The notes under the pieces were generated by a model. The model was not told where the DNA came from. It saw only the letters and a program-made list of their open reading frames with translations, and did not search any database. The position numbers and the translations under genes are program-made. Shown in pieces: positions 25,796-37,858 of a stretch of 64,000 nucleotides of DNA. Position 1 is the stretch's first letter, and the number at the start of each line of letters is the position of its first letter. Origin of the DNA: Paecilomyces variotii (Eukaryota); the NCBI GenBank assembly GCA_004022145.1, contig RCNU01000005.1, one strand, 5' to 3'.

Positions 25796-28096
25796 ATGGC
25801 GCGCCAACAACCCAGGTCGTCTGTTGTCATCCCAGCCCGTACATCCAGTGCCAATGCTCAGAGTGTAGAGCAATCTCAGCCTCGAAGCACCGGTAGGAAG
25901 GACATGCACTCGAACTCGAAGGCGCAGAAGATCTTGGGCACGATGGAGCTGCCGATGGATAGTCGCTGGTCGAAGATGGGGGACAGGGACTCTGCGCAGA
26001 GACAGCATGGGATGCGGAGCGGACACTCGACGACTCGAACTGAGCGCAATGGCAACCTCCAACCTCCATTTAGCCCAACCGAACATGCATCATCGCCGAA
26101 CTTGCGCGTGCGAGCCTCGTCGCCGTTGCTAGGCCAGAGCTACCGTGACCGCGGCCCTTCATTCTCTTCCGTCCAGCCTCCTCCCACGAAGCCTATTCAC
26201 CCGTCAGAGTCGTCCACCTCGCTACATAGTGGCTATAGTTCAAAAGATACCTCGGCCACCTACTTCAACCGAACTCCTGCTTTGCCCACAAGTTGGTCAG
26301 GCGACAAGCCCGACAAAGCGACGGAGGGGGAACAGGCAAAGGGTAACAAAACGCCGAAAACGCCCACGAAAGAATCTAAGAGAAAGGGACGGCCTCCGAG
26401 GATTGATCTGTCGTTACTATTCCCAAGACCAAAGGCCTCCGCGGCGCCTCTCCTGTCTCCCCAGAGAATGATGGATTCGCCATCCCCGGTCTCTGCTGGC
26501 TCCGAGTCATCCATTGGCAAGGCTAAGAGGTCCGACAAGTTCTACTCGTTCGGTAACAGGCTTTCCAAGACACCGCCACGATCCAGTGGAAGTTGGAAAG
26601 AAAAACATGCTACAGTTCGACAGCTTGACCCGATGCCTCCACTGCCAACCGCGAAACATACTGATTGGTACGATTCTCCCGTGGAGAAAACAATCTGCTG
26701 TTCGGGAGGAGATCTCACCGTGGAGATCCATGAGCGGGAAGAAAAGAAAGAACAGGAGGAAGAACCGGCGCCAGTCACGATTGACCGTGAGCGTCAGAAA
26801 CCCCCTAAACATCGCTTCAGCACTATGCCCTCGACTAGGCCACCCAAGCCATACGATCGAACGAAGAGAATGTCATCCCACAGCTCTCTAACTGCTCGCA
26901 GCGGCGACTCACATCTGAGTCCAAAGGCCGTGAACAATCTCTCTAACACCATCAAAAGCTCGCTCGAGACATGGCAATCTGACGGTCGCCTGGGATCTCC
27001 GGCCGGTACTACCGGTTCTGGAGCCATGTCCAAGAAGAGCAGCAAAAGCAGCTTTGGGAACGCAGACCTTCATTATTCAAGTGTCCTTTGCTTGTCATCG
27101 TCGGAAGATGAGGAAGACGACGACGACGACGAAGGAGTCATGGCGCAGAAGTCTGCCACCGATGCGACTTTCCGGAGTAGCGTTGCTACATACGGAGAAC
27201 ATGAGCCGGAGATCTGCACGGCATCCACTGTCCAAGCTGCCAAAGGGCCGACGTTGACGCGGATTCAAAAGCCAACCCTGACCTTGCAGGAATCTCGCCA
27301 GTCACGACGTAACCAGTCTGTACGTCGGGATCCCTCAGTATCATCATATAGCAGGTCATCACGGCTCTCACGCCCTCCAAGTGGAATTCCTACAATATCA
27401 GAACCTGAGAACGAAGAGACGGAAGACGGGGTTCCTATGATGCGATCTACCCGTTCCAAGTCTAGCAACAGGCGGAGCCGAATTATTTCTGTCACCAGGC
27501 AGGAAGAATTCCTTCTGGAAGCTATCAGACAGAGGAAAGGAAAAGTGACGCCTAGTCTCTTCCACGAGGCTTCGTTTGCATCGCGAGATTCCGATCGAAA
27601 CTCGACCCTTTCCGTGAACCCGCGCGAATCGACGTACAATGCGGACACCTCTTTTTTACGCCTTAGCCCTGGCATCCCTGCCTTCCCGGAAGTCTGTGGT
27701 TCGACGGATCTCAGTGTAGCTGATACGGAAAAAGAAGGTTCGGTCACTCACAGCACCGGTTCGGATACTGAGCAGAGGACCGATAACTCTACCGTGTCTC
27801 CACGAGTCAGTTTGATTTATAGTGATACTCTACCATCGCCGTCCACCAGCCGCGCCTCTCCAATGACACCGACTCTGCCTATCCATCGCTTCTCCCCACC
27901 ACCGTTGCACCCACCGCCGCCGTACGCTCTACCTCCGGTCCCGGAGAGCCACAGCCAGAGAAGGCACTCGCGGCGGCGCACTGATAGCAGTGAAGCGATT
28001 ATCATCAACGAAGGCGATGATTCGAAGCAGGAGGACGAGTTTCCTGTGTGGGCCCTCGGCTGGAACGAGCGATCTAGCATGACCATTGTGCACTGA
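25796..28096 (+). CDS. Hypothetical Ser/Arg/Pro-rich, probably disordered protein (766 aa)
   Basis: Single 2.3-kb ORF with good start context (GCCATGG). No domain recognised. Confidence 0.8.
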   Translation: MARQQPRSSVVIPARTSSANAQSVEQSQPRSTGRKDMHSNSKAQKILGTMELPMDSRWSKMGDRDSAQRQHGMRSGHSTTRTERNGNLQPPFSPTEHASSPNLRVRASSPLLGQSYRDRGPSFSSVQPPPTKPIHPSESSTSLHSGYSSKDTSATYFNRTPALPTSWSGDKPDKATEGEQAKGNKTPKTPTKESKRKGRPPRIDLSLLFPRPKASAAPLLSPQRMMDSPSPVSAGSESSIGKAKRSDKFYSFGNRLSKTPPRSSGSWKEKHATVRQLDPMPPLPTAKHTDWYDSPVEKTICCSGGDLTVEIHEREEKKEQEEEPAPVTIDRERQKPPKHRFSTMPSTRPPKPYDRTKRMSSHSSLTARSGDSHLSPKAVNNLSNTIKSSLETWQSDGRLGSPAGTTGSGAMSKKSSKSSFGNADLHYSSVLCLSSSEDEEDDDDDEGVMAQKSATDATFRSSVATYGEHEPEICTASTVQAAKGPTLTRIQKPTLTLQESRQSRRNQSVRRDPSVSSYSRSSRLSRPPSGIPTISEPENEETEDGVPMMRSTRSKSSNRRSRIISVTRQEEFLLEAIRQRKGKVTPSLFHEASFASRDSDRNSTLSVNPRESTYNADTSFLRLSPGIPAFPEVCGSTDLSVADTEKEGSVTHSTGSDTEQRTDNSTVSPRVSLIYSDTLPSPSTSRASPMTPTLPIHRFSPPPLHPPPPYALPPVPESHSQRRHSRRRTDSSEAIIINEGDDSKQEDEFPVWALGWNERSSMTIVH

Positions 28097-29465
28097 TTCG
28101 AGTCTGTGCCGAACGTTATCAATCTCTTTTCATATCATCCGTGCTCTTTATCAATCCACGATCGACAAATACGCTCTCTACATCTCCTAATTATTTATAC
28201 CCTTATTTCTCTTTTCTTGTTTGACTGAGGCGCATGGTATGTACAATACGGCGGACGTTCTCTAGCATTTTGCGTTTTTCTTTGGGTTATGTTGCGAACC
28301 AACGTACGGACCCCTTTTCAGGTCTCGTGCCCTCCTGTACTATATAGTGGTCTTTTTTTGAGCCCGCATGGGGCGTTTTGACGTTCATAGTCGGCTTAGA
28401 CTTAGAGGTTTAGAGCGAGGATTATGTTCTCAGGTGATGGCGAGCGTCGTTTAGGCTGCATCTGTTACTCGTATAGAACCCCGCATTAATGACAGAAGAT
28501 TTCAATTTCCGACTCTTTCCTTTTGGCCTGGAAGATCTTCGATCCCGTAGGCGTCTTTTCGGTACGAACAGGCTCACATGAGACTGATGGTGTTGGGAGC
28601 TTTCCTGCAGTTGATCAGCGCCCATGACCTGTGGTAGGACCCCCATGCAAGCATCGATCCATCTAGCCTCAAAAGGCGCCCAAAGAGAAACGGGGCTTGA
28701 TAGGATGACAATTTTCTTCAATTGGCAGGGAAATCATCTGGCATACAGTGGACGACGGCGATCCAGAACCGCCCACGCTAAGGTCGCACAAGGGATCTGT
28801 AACAGGCTAAGGATAGGAAAACAGCCTACCAGTGTACCAGATGACACCTTAGGCTGGTTATTGCACCTGAAGCCAATGCTAAACATCCAACTAGATAGAG
28901 TCCTAGACTGTGCGATCCACCGTTCCGACGTAGAGAGAGTTACCCCGGATCTGACAGGCCCTCTCCCTTTCCTGTCCACTTGAATAATAAATCGCACTTT
29001 TTTCCACCCAACGATCCTGATCTCGGTCATTCTTGGACCGCCAGCAGACTCAAGAAGAAGGAGATATTAATATCTCTCTTTCTCCAACTGACCTTATCCG
29101 CTCCTTTCTTGGTGGGCCTGTCCAAGGTCGTGTTAGTCTAGCATCTTGTCTTTGCCCGGTTTGCAGGCGGACCCAGGCAAGGCAGGGCAAGGCAAGGCGA
29201 ACCTCACCGCTCACGCGTCAATCCCCTTTAACTAACATTCCTCTCACCTGTGACCGACGTAAGTGGCAGCAGCTGGTGGACGCTCAGGATTCTTCTTGTC
29301 CTTGTCTGCCACGCAGTGGTCTCTCGTCACCTGCACTGCAGTTGTTCTCTCTTATAAACAAGGCCTGGGACAGTCGACCTGGAGATCCGAGGGCGCTGAG
29401 CGTTCCCTATTTCCCAGGCACAACCACCGAGGACAAACACCGGCGCGGAAACTAAGATCGTCAAC

Positions 29466-31090
29466 ATGGGGGAAGGCCCGCAACGCTCATCCTCCTGGAT
29501 AGGAATTCCGCTACGACATCTGTCTGTGATTCTGGTAAGCATCCTGGTTGCTGACGAGGCGGTGGGGTGTAGCTGCTCCGATGTTGCAGCGTCGCGATCG
29601 CGGAGAGAGAGAGAGAGAGAGAGAGCAGAGCTGAAGCTGACATGACAATCGAACTATACAGCTAGCGATCCAATACACAGGCTTTGCACTGGTAAGGACT
29701 TCTGAATAGGATTATGATGCGACCATGAAACGGATTGACGCGCTGACACCTCCCTAGCTGCTACACTATTCCCGTGTGATGCCCACTGTCGCGGGCAAAC
29801 GCTATCTGACATCAACCGCCGTCTTCCTTAACGAAGTAACTAAGCTCGCGATCTCCCTGACCATCGCACTATACGAAGTTTCTAGGAACGCACCGCCCTC
29901 CGTTCCCGCGACGTCGCTCTTCTTTACCCTCTCTAGTGCCGTTTTCTCGGGAGACAGCTGGAAGCTTGCGATCCCCGCCCTCCTCTACACGTTGGCCAAC
30001 TCCCTCCAATACATTGCTCTTTCGAACTTGGAAGTGGCAACGTTCCAGGTTACCAATCAGCTGAAGCTCCTGACAACAGCAGTTTTTGGCCTTGCCTTGT
30101 TGGGGACAAGCATACCTCCGCGAAAATGGGCGATTCTCTTGTTCCTTGTGGTCGGAGTGGCCCTAGTTCAGTTGCCGAACGGAGACTTGGAGGGGCTGTC
30201 TTACAGAGATGACGCACATCTCTACTTTCCCAGATCCCTAGAGGAATGGAAGAGAATGGGCGGTACCGCTGCCCATCTGCACAAGCGTTCTGCCACATAT
30301 GAGGGCATCCAGGAGGATGAGCTGTCACAACTACCGCGCCTCGATGCGACCATTGGCTTGCTCGCAACAATCGGGGCATGCATTTCGTCTGGACTAGCCG
30401 GCACTTACCTGGGTAAGGTGCTCAAGGATAGCTCGAACCCGACATCTCTCTGGATCCGCAACGTGCAGCTGGCTTCCTATTCGATATTCCCGTCTTTGTT
30501 TATCGGAGTTGTCTTTCTTGATGGCGAAAAGGTCGCCAACAATGGTTTCTTTGAGGGTTACAATTGGGCCGTCTGGGCAACCATCATCGTGCAGGCTTTG
30601 GGAGGAATTGCGTCTGCTTTCGCCATTGCCAATGCCGATAGTATTGCAAGGAACGGCGCAGCTAGCCTCAGTATCGTTCTGAGCACTGTAGCAAGCGTGT
30701 TGTTTTTCGATTTCCAAGTTACAGGAACTGTATGTCCGGACTCATATCCTGCTTGTTTTTGTCTTTTGGTTAAGCCAAGCTAACATAGATTGTCTACAGT
30801 TTGTCGTTGGGGCACTCATCGTTCTTATCGCAGCTTACATTTACGGAAACCCGACTCCGGGTTCAAGCAAGAAGGCCCTTCGTCCACCACCCATACGCAT
30901 AGATACCTATGAGAAGGATATCGATGGCGATAATGAGACTTCTCTATCACCGCCGACGAATGACTTTTCGATCAAACTTCCCACAACGCCCCTGCTCAGC
31001 CAGACGGGCATATCGACATCTAGACCGACGTCCCCTAACCCTCGAAGCACAAGTGGAAGTTACCTTTCAAAGCAGGAGAGAGATTCATAA
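29466..31090 (+). CDS. Nucleotide-sugar (UDP-galactose) transporter, SLC35A/Gms1-like
   Basis: YLTSTAVFLNEVTKL, KLAIPALLYTLANSLQYIALSNL, FQVTNQLKLLTTA and SLWIRNVQL. Four exons including a 30-nt micro-exon near 29662-29691. Confidence 0.9.
29603..29624. repeat. (GA)11 microsatellite in intron 1 of the transporter
   Basis: Read directly from the sequence. Confidence 0.9.
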
Positions 31091-31640
31091 ATGAGACGAT
31101 CACGATCAGGTTACGAATCTGCAGAGATGCATCAGATAGGAATTCCAGGGGAGGAAGTTGGCAATAAAATAACAGCATGACTTGGTAGACGGAAAAGCAC
31201 GGTTTGATTTACGACAGCGGGAATGTCTCATCTCCTGCTTTCTATGCCTTTATCATGGTGGTTGCTTATCAGTTTTGATTTTAATTCTCTATACCCGAAA
31301 GCCCTCGCAAAAAAGACATTGGCGTCGAGCTTGATGTATGTATATCTACGAGCAAATATGGGAATTGATTGGTTAACATCGCTTACCAGGTGATATTTCT
31401 GGTCCTTTATCTTGATAGTAGAAGCCTATTAAAGTGATTTCCTATATAAAGCCCCTGCGTAGCAGAAACGACTCCCCGGCGGGAGGCAAGCAAGCTTCGC
31501 AGACACGTGCTTTTCATGCATAGTACCAGTATGCTTCATGTGCACCGCCCTTTTCATCCAGCCTCGACTTTCAATTTCCTATCCCCTGAAGCTTTGCATG
31601 AAGATCTCATCCATCAATATCTGAACAAATTGAAGCTATC

Positions 31641-34600
31641 ATGCAGAAAAGAAAGCATACCTCTCCAATCACTCCTTTCCATTACCCCCTATCCCAACGA
31701 CAAAACAGCCCCCGCTCCCATCAGGCAAGCTCCGGCTTCAATTCGATTACACAGGGTCTATCAGGAGTCATCTCTTCTTCAGTACGCTTCTCATCTCCAT
31801 CTACAAACGAGAACCATGATCTGATTGATGGACATGTGCTTGGTCTTCAGATGAATGATGACTTGCCTCTGGATGCTTTTGGTGTGATACCACGAAACAT
31901 TCCTTTCTGGTTAGAGCCAGAGACTGATTAAGTGATTTTGTAAGATCGTGAGTTGCTGGCTCAATTAAACGAGGAAAATCAGAATCGAAACGAGAGTCTG
32001 GTGGATAAGAATGAACCTTCGATCACCAGACCAGCGGCGTTCAAGCGGATGGATGCACCCCAGACTCCTGTTGTGAGGCAGAGTTCGAAGTTCTTCGGGA
32101 ATTGTAAGTGATATTTCTACTATAAGCTCCTATGGATTCTGCTAAGAAAGCTAGCGAATGGCTCTCGAACGACACTTCGTCGGAGTCTCGAATCGAGCTC
32201 CCCTGACGTCGGCCCACCGTCAAGTCCATTATTAGTCTTTGGATCGCAAGGGAGACGTTCCCTAGGACAGGGCATTCCTCTCTCACAAAGTCGCTCCTAT
32301 GCTGCGCAAGCGGTAGAAGCCGCGTCCAATGAGCCTTATACGAGTCCCGATATCGAGAGACGGATATCCCTGAGTCATGCACCACCAATTATCCAGGGTA
32401 TCGCTCTGGTTCCGGTTCATGAACTTCCAGATCGTTTCAAATCTTTGTTCAAATTTCCCATCTTCAACGCCATTCAGTCAAAGTGCTTCCAACATGTTTA
32501 CCAGAATGACTACAACGTGGTTGTATCAGCTCCCACGGGAAGTGGAAAGACAGTATTGATGGAACTAGCTATATGCCGGCTTATCACAAACCTAAAGGAT
32601 GGGCAGTTCAAAGTAGTATATCAAGCGCCTACGAAGTCCTTGTGTTCGGAGCGGTTCCGTGACTGGACCTCGAAATTTACATCTCTCGGCTTGAACTGCG
32701 CAGAATTAACCGGCGACACAGATTACGCGCAGCTTAAGAGCGTTCAGAATGCCTGTATTATCATAACCACGCCCGAGAAGTGGGATAGCATGACGAGGAA
32801 GTGGAAAGACCATGCTAGACTACTGCAACTGGTTAAGTTATTTCTAATCGATGAGGTGCATATTTTGAAAGAGACGCGTGGAGCTACACTGGAAGCTGTG
32901 GTCTCGCGTATGAAGTCCGTCGGTTCAGATGTACGTTTCGTCGCTCTGAGTGCTACTGTCCCAAATTCGGAAGACATTGCAACCTGGCTTGGCAAGGACG
33001 CAACAAACCAGCATCTCCCAGCACATAGGGAACGATTTGGAGAAGAGTTCCGTCCGGTAAAGCTTCAGAAGTTTGTATATGGGTACCAGTCGAACGGGAA
33101 TGATTTTGTGTTCGATAAAGTCTGCAGTACAAAGTAGGATATTCCTCTTTACTAAGTATCTTTCTGCTAACATTCGATCATGCAGACTCCCGGAAGTCAT
33201 ACTTAAGCATGGTTGTGGCAAACCGATTATGATATTCTGCTGTACGAGGAACTCGTCTATCGCTACGGCGAAGGAGTTAGCCAATCTTTATGCATCGACA
33301 ACACCCTCGAAGCGAATGTGGAAAGGACCTGCTAGGCCTATTAACGTCCAGAACCCAGACTTAAAAAGTATTTCACTTACTTGAGGCCAAGTCTCTCTTT
33401 CGTCTTTGATACTAATCGATTTGCAGATACCGTTGGTTCCGGAGTAGCATTTCATCATGCTGGTCTCGACAGTGGTGACCGCCACGCCGTAGAGACAGGT
33501 TTCCTAGGAGGTCAAATCAACATAATATGCTGTACATCTACGCTTGCCGTCGGCGTCAACTTGCCATGCCATTTAGTGATTATCAAGAACACTGTTGGCT
33601 GGCAAGACGGTGGGTGCAAAGAGTATTCCGATTTGGAAATGATGCAAATGCTCGGTCGTGCTGGGCGGCCCCAGTTCGATGACAGTGCCGTGGCTGTCAT
33701 ATTGACCCGAAGAGAGCGTGTTCATCATTATGAGAAACTTGTTTCTGGCTCTGAGAGCTTAGAGAGTTGTTTGCATCTGAATCTGATCGATCACCTTAAC
33801 GCGGAAATTGGGCTAGGGACAGTTACTGACATCCAGTCAGCAACGAAGTGGCTCGCGAGCACATTCCTCTTCGTCCGGATGAGGAGGAATCCGACTCATT
33901 ATAAACTCAAGGAGGGAGCAGATAGGAGAGATGAAGACGAGATGTTGCAGCAGATCTGCGAAAAGGACATCAAATTACTCCGAGAGACTAACCTAGTTAC
34001 CTCGGAGGGGAAATTGAAAGCCACACAGTTTGGAGACGCAATGGCCCGATATTATGTGAAATTCGACACCATGAAGGTGCTACTGTCCCTTCCACCCAAG
34101 GCGAAGTTGTCGGAAATCGTAAGTCCTACGGCTGGGAACTCCAAGATGACAAATCCTAACCTGCGCAGCTCTCTGCAATTGTTCAAGCCGAAGAATTCAA
34201 GGAAATCCGCCTAAAGTCCGGGGAGAAGTCACTCTACAAAGAGATAAATCGCGCTAATGGGATCAAGTTCCCGATAAAAGTTGATATTGCACTGCCAGCA
34301 CACAAGATATCGCTCCTTATACAATCCGAACTCGGGGCGGTGGAGTTTCCAGCCGCTGAGCAGTTCCAGAAGCACAAATTATCTTTTCAGCAAGATAAGA
34401 ATTTCGTGTTCTCTCATGTGAATCGGCTTATACGATGTGTTATTGATTGTCAGATCTACTTAGAAGACTCTATAGCAGTGAGAAATGCTCTGGAGCTTGC
34501 ACGATGCTTTGGAGCTCGCGTCTGGGACAACTCACCTCTGCAGATGAAGCAGATTGACCAAATCGGTGTTGTTGCTGTCAGGAAGCTCTCAGCTGCGGGG

Positions 34601-36702
34601 ATCACTAGCCTTGAGGCACTAGAGCTCACAGAGCCGCATCGAATCGATATGATCCTAAGCAGGAATCCACCGTTCGGAGTCAAGCTTATTTCAAGAGTTG
34701 CAGACTTCCCCAAGTTACGGGTGACTATCAAGATGATAGGAAAGGTATTTGCGAGTCTGGGTCTAAGAGGACATGGCTAATTTTTAATCTAAAGGAAACC
34801 AAACCAGGAAAGCCAGTCAAAGTTAACTTCAAAGCGGATATTGGTTTTATGAATGAGAAAATACCTCTGTTTTTCCAGAGGCGTCCGGTTTATGTGTGTT
34901 TCCTTGCGGAGACTTCTGATGGCCGTATGGTAGACTTTCGGAGAATGAAGTGGGTTATTGACGAATCCGAGCTCCTTCACTACATCTTTTCACTAAGACA
35001 TGAAAGTGCCAATAAATTACAGAACAGCTACGAGATACTGCTCCAAGCGGAGTTGAGGAGTGCATTTCAGCACATCACTTGCTATGTGATGTGTGATGAC
35101 ATTGGTATGACACGAGTGAAGTCATCATACAGAGTAGGGTATGACTAACTTTGGGAAGCTGGAACTATGAAATACGCTGAGATCAAACCTGAAATACCAG
35201 CGTCATTCTTTCCTGTCGCAAACACGGCTTTGGGAACTAAGCAGACGGACAAACCTCTGATGAACACTTCACGCCGGCGCAGTAGTGATATATCCCGCAG
35301 CAATACCGTAAAACATCCGGATGTGGATGAGTTCGAAGGGGACGATCTCGAGGTTAATGACTTTGTGGCAGCAGGAAAGTCAAATTTCTCATCCTAATAA
35401 GGTTCGTCACTAACTGTCGACAGGAGATGATATGTCGTGGTTTGTAATTCAGGAGGAGTCTCCCAAATTCGGACCTCAAAAGCAGAATCAACTGCCAAAG
35501 TCAAAGGAAAATGGCAATACAATGAAGGCCAAACGAACGATGAGTGATGATCAGGAACGGCCGACCCAGCTACCCAATGGGAAGTGGGCATGCAATCATA
35601 AGTGCAAAGACAAGTCAAGGTAATATCATCTGGATCTTAATTATTGGGGCAGTGAATAACAGCGCCAAGTTGCAAACACTTTTGTTGCCGGGACGGACTT
35701 GAAAAGCCACCCAGAACAAATAAGAAACAAGCGTCTACCAGCGAAAGTAGGCGGGACCCGAATCTGAACCAATTGACGATCTCAGCGAGCCTTAAGAAGG
35801 ATGGATCAGCTACTTGCAATACCCCAAAGGCCGCAAGAAAAGTCAATCGAATTGATAGCATCGAGATCGTCGATTTGAGTCGGTCATCGTCTAAGAAGCT
35901 CTCTGCCTCATGTTCAGGTAGTGATAACTGGCAATCTTCTAATACAGTCACGTCAAAAGCTTCCAAGCTGAAGCATCCGTCACACAGCTCGTCGGAGATA
36001 TTGCCTCAAAAGCACGCGACAGGGTCTTATATTGACTTAGATCCTGATTTCATACACGCCAACAAAAGGTCATCTTCAAGCGAATATGGAGATAGCGGTC
36101 TGGATGACCTTCCCTCTCCATCGGTCTTGCTCGATAGCCATGGAAAAACTGCAGTGAAAGCGTCCGGTAGATTAGCAGATCAGGGGGCTGGTACGACCAC
36201 GCAGGATGATGCCATGAACTTTAAGGATCTTTTGGTAGATGATGGCGACGATATCTGGCTTCTATCTGAGAATGTCGTTTGTGACATGGACAACGTGAAA
36301 AACGGAACCAGCAAAAGCTCGAGTGAAGAGAACGTCAGCTCCGCTAATATAACGGACATCAGTGGCTCCCTTGAAGCACTAAGTCCTCTCACTGGTTCCA
36401 GTCTAGGGCAAAGCCATTCTCCCTTCCTGAAGACGGGCAGTGATCCTATGCTCGCGCAGGTTCCAGACACGGAGGCTATTCACGGGCAGAAACGTGGTAC
36501 CTCCCTGACTGAAGGAAGCGAAGATGAGAATGTTCACCGGAAGAAATTTAGGGGTTGTGAGGTATACAATGATGATCTACGCGGAGTCTCCCCTAGAAAA
36601 GACGACATAAGTTCCAGAGAACCACTTGCAGTCCCCGACGGCTGGGAAGGAATCGACAAATCTCTCCTGGAAGAATTCAAAGATATAATCAATTTCTTCT
36701 GA
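31641..36702 (+). CDS. MER3: Meiotic Ski2-like DExH helicase Mer3/HFM1 (helicase + Sec63 + C-terminal Zn finger)
   Basis: SAPTGSGKT, LIDEVH, ALSAT, GVAFHHAGL, TSTLAVGVNLP, QMLGRAGRPQFD, LESCLHLNLIDHLNAEI and Zn finger WACNHKCKDK..CKHFCCRDG. About 11 exons; the start codon is less certain. Confidence 0.9.
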
Positions 36703-37858
36703 TCCAACAACATAGTCGTCCGACTCATCTTCTCCTATCTGGACGCGAACGAACTATGGGTTCATGCATGTATCCCGTACTATATACATTCATATAGGCG
36801 TTATACCTGAGGCATGATCGAAGCGCTAGTCTATGTCTCTCAATATTCATAGTCCTAAAAAAGGAGGCTGATCATATCTCCCAAGCACTATATCAGGAGG
36901 AAGCTTGAGGATTTAAGATGGTTGTTATAGTTAAATAGCTCTAGTTAGCATGTGTAAGCAGAATTGACACTACATTTAAAAGCTAGAATGTCCTACATAT
37001 CTCGAGTACTTGTATCGAATCATTGAGAGGACATCATCGCAATCACACAAATACAAGTCGAACGATGACAAGTGACGGACAGATAGTCTCAGCACATCTC
37101 AACAGACCCCTCAAGTGAATTAAACTTGCAGAGCGAAGAATCAGTCATATCACTTTCTGCTATCCATTCCCTCAACAATTCCCGAAGTTGACGGAGCCAC
37201 CCATCCAGAAAGAGGAAGTGACCTGGCTTCATCCCCCAACCCCAGCTGAAGACAGCTATATCACCGCCTGTTCCCATCCAGGAAAAGAAAGAGACCTGTG
37301 ATACTCACGTGGGATACAAAACGTGACTTGTCTCTTTTCTAGAAGCTCAAAGGGATTTCACAGCGTATAACACAACGCGTAGCTCACCGCTCTGACACTC
37401 GCGCACACTGTTATTGTTGATTATCTGGCGGCCGCCTCCGATATCCAGGTCATATGGAGAATCAGAAATCAAAACATTAGTGATCTTCCTTCTTTTCTGC
37501 CGCTGCATTCTTCTCTCCCACAACACCATGCCTGTGAGTTTGAGCTCTTCTTATCTGTTACATCTCCTTAACAAGATTTCTCAATCGTAAGGTTGCTTGA
37601 TTTTTGATTTTGAGAAGAAGAGGACTCAGCAGAGAACTGAGTTTCTACGTCCTGGTAAGTCCTTGTATGATTCATGCAGTTTCTGTTCCTTGTGATGATA
37701 TTGATATCGGGTATTGTTACTCCTAATATCGGAGATTGGAGACATATTAATTTGGGTCTGAATTGGTATCGTTAGCAGGGATATTATCTTTTTGTGAATT
37801 ATCTCTCAGGAACTTGGGCTAACAGACCTGACCAGTGTGGCTACGACTACAAGTCAAA

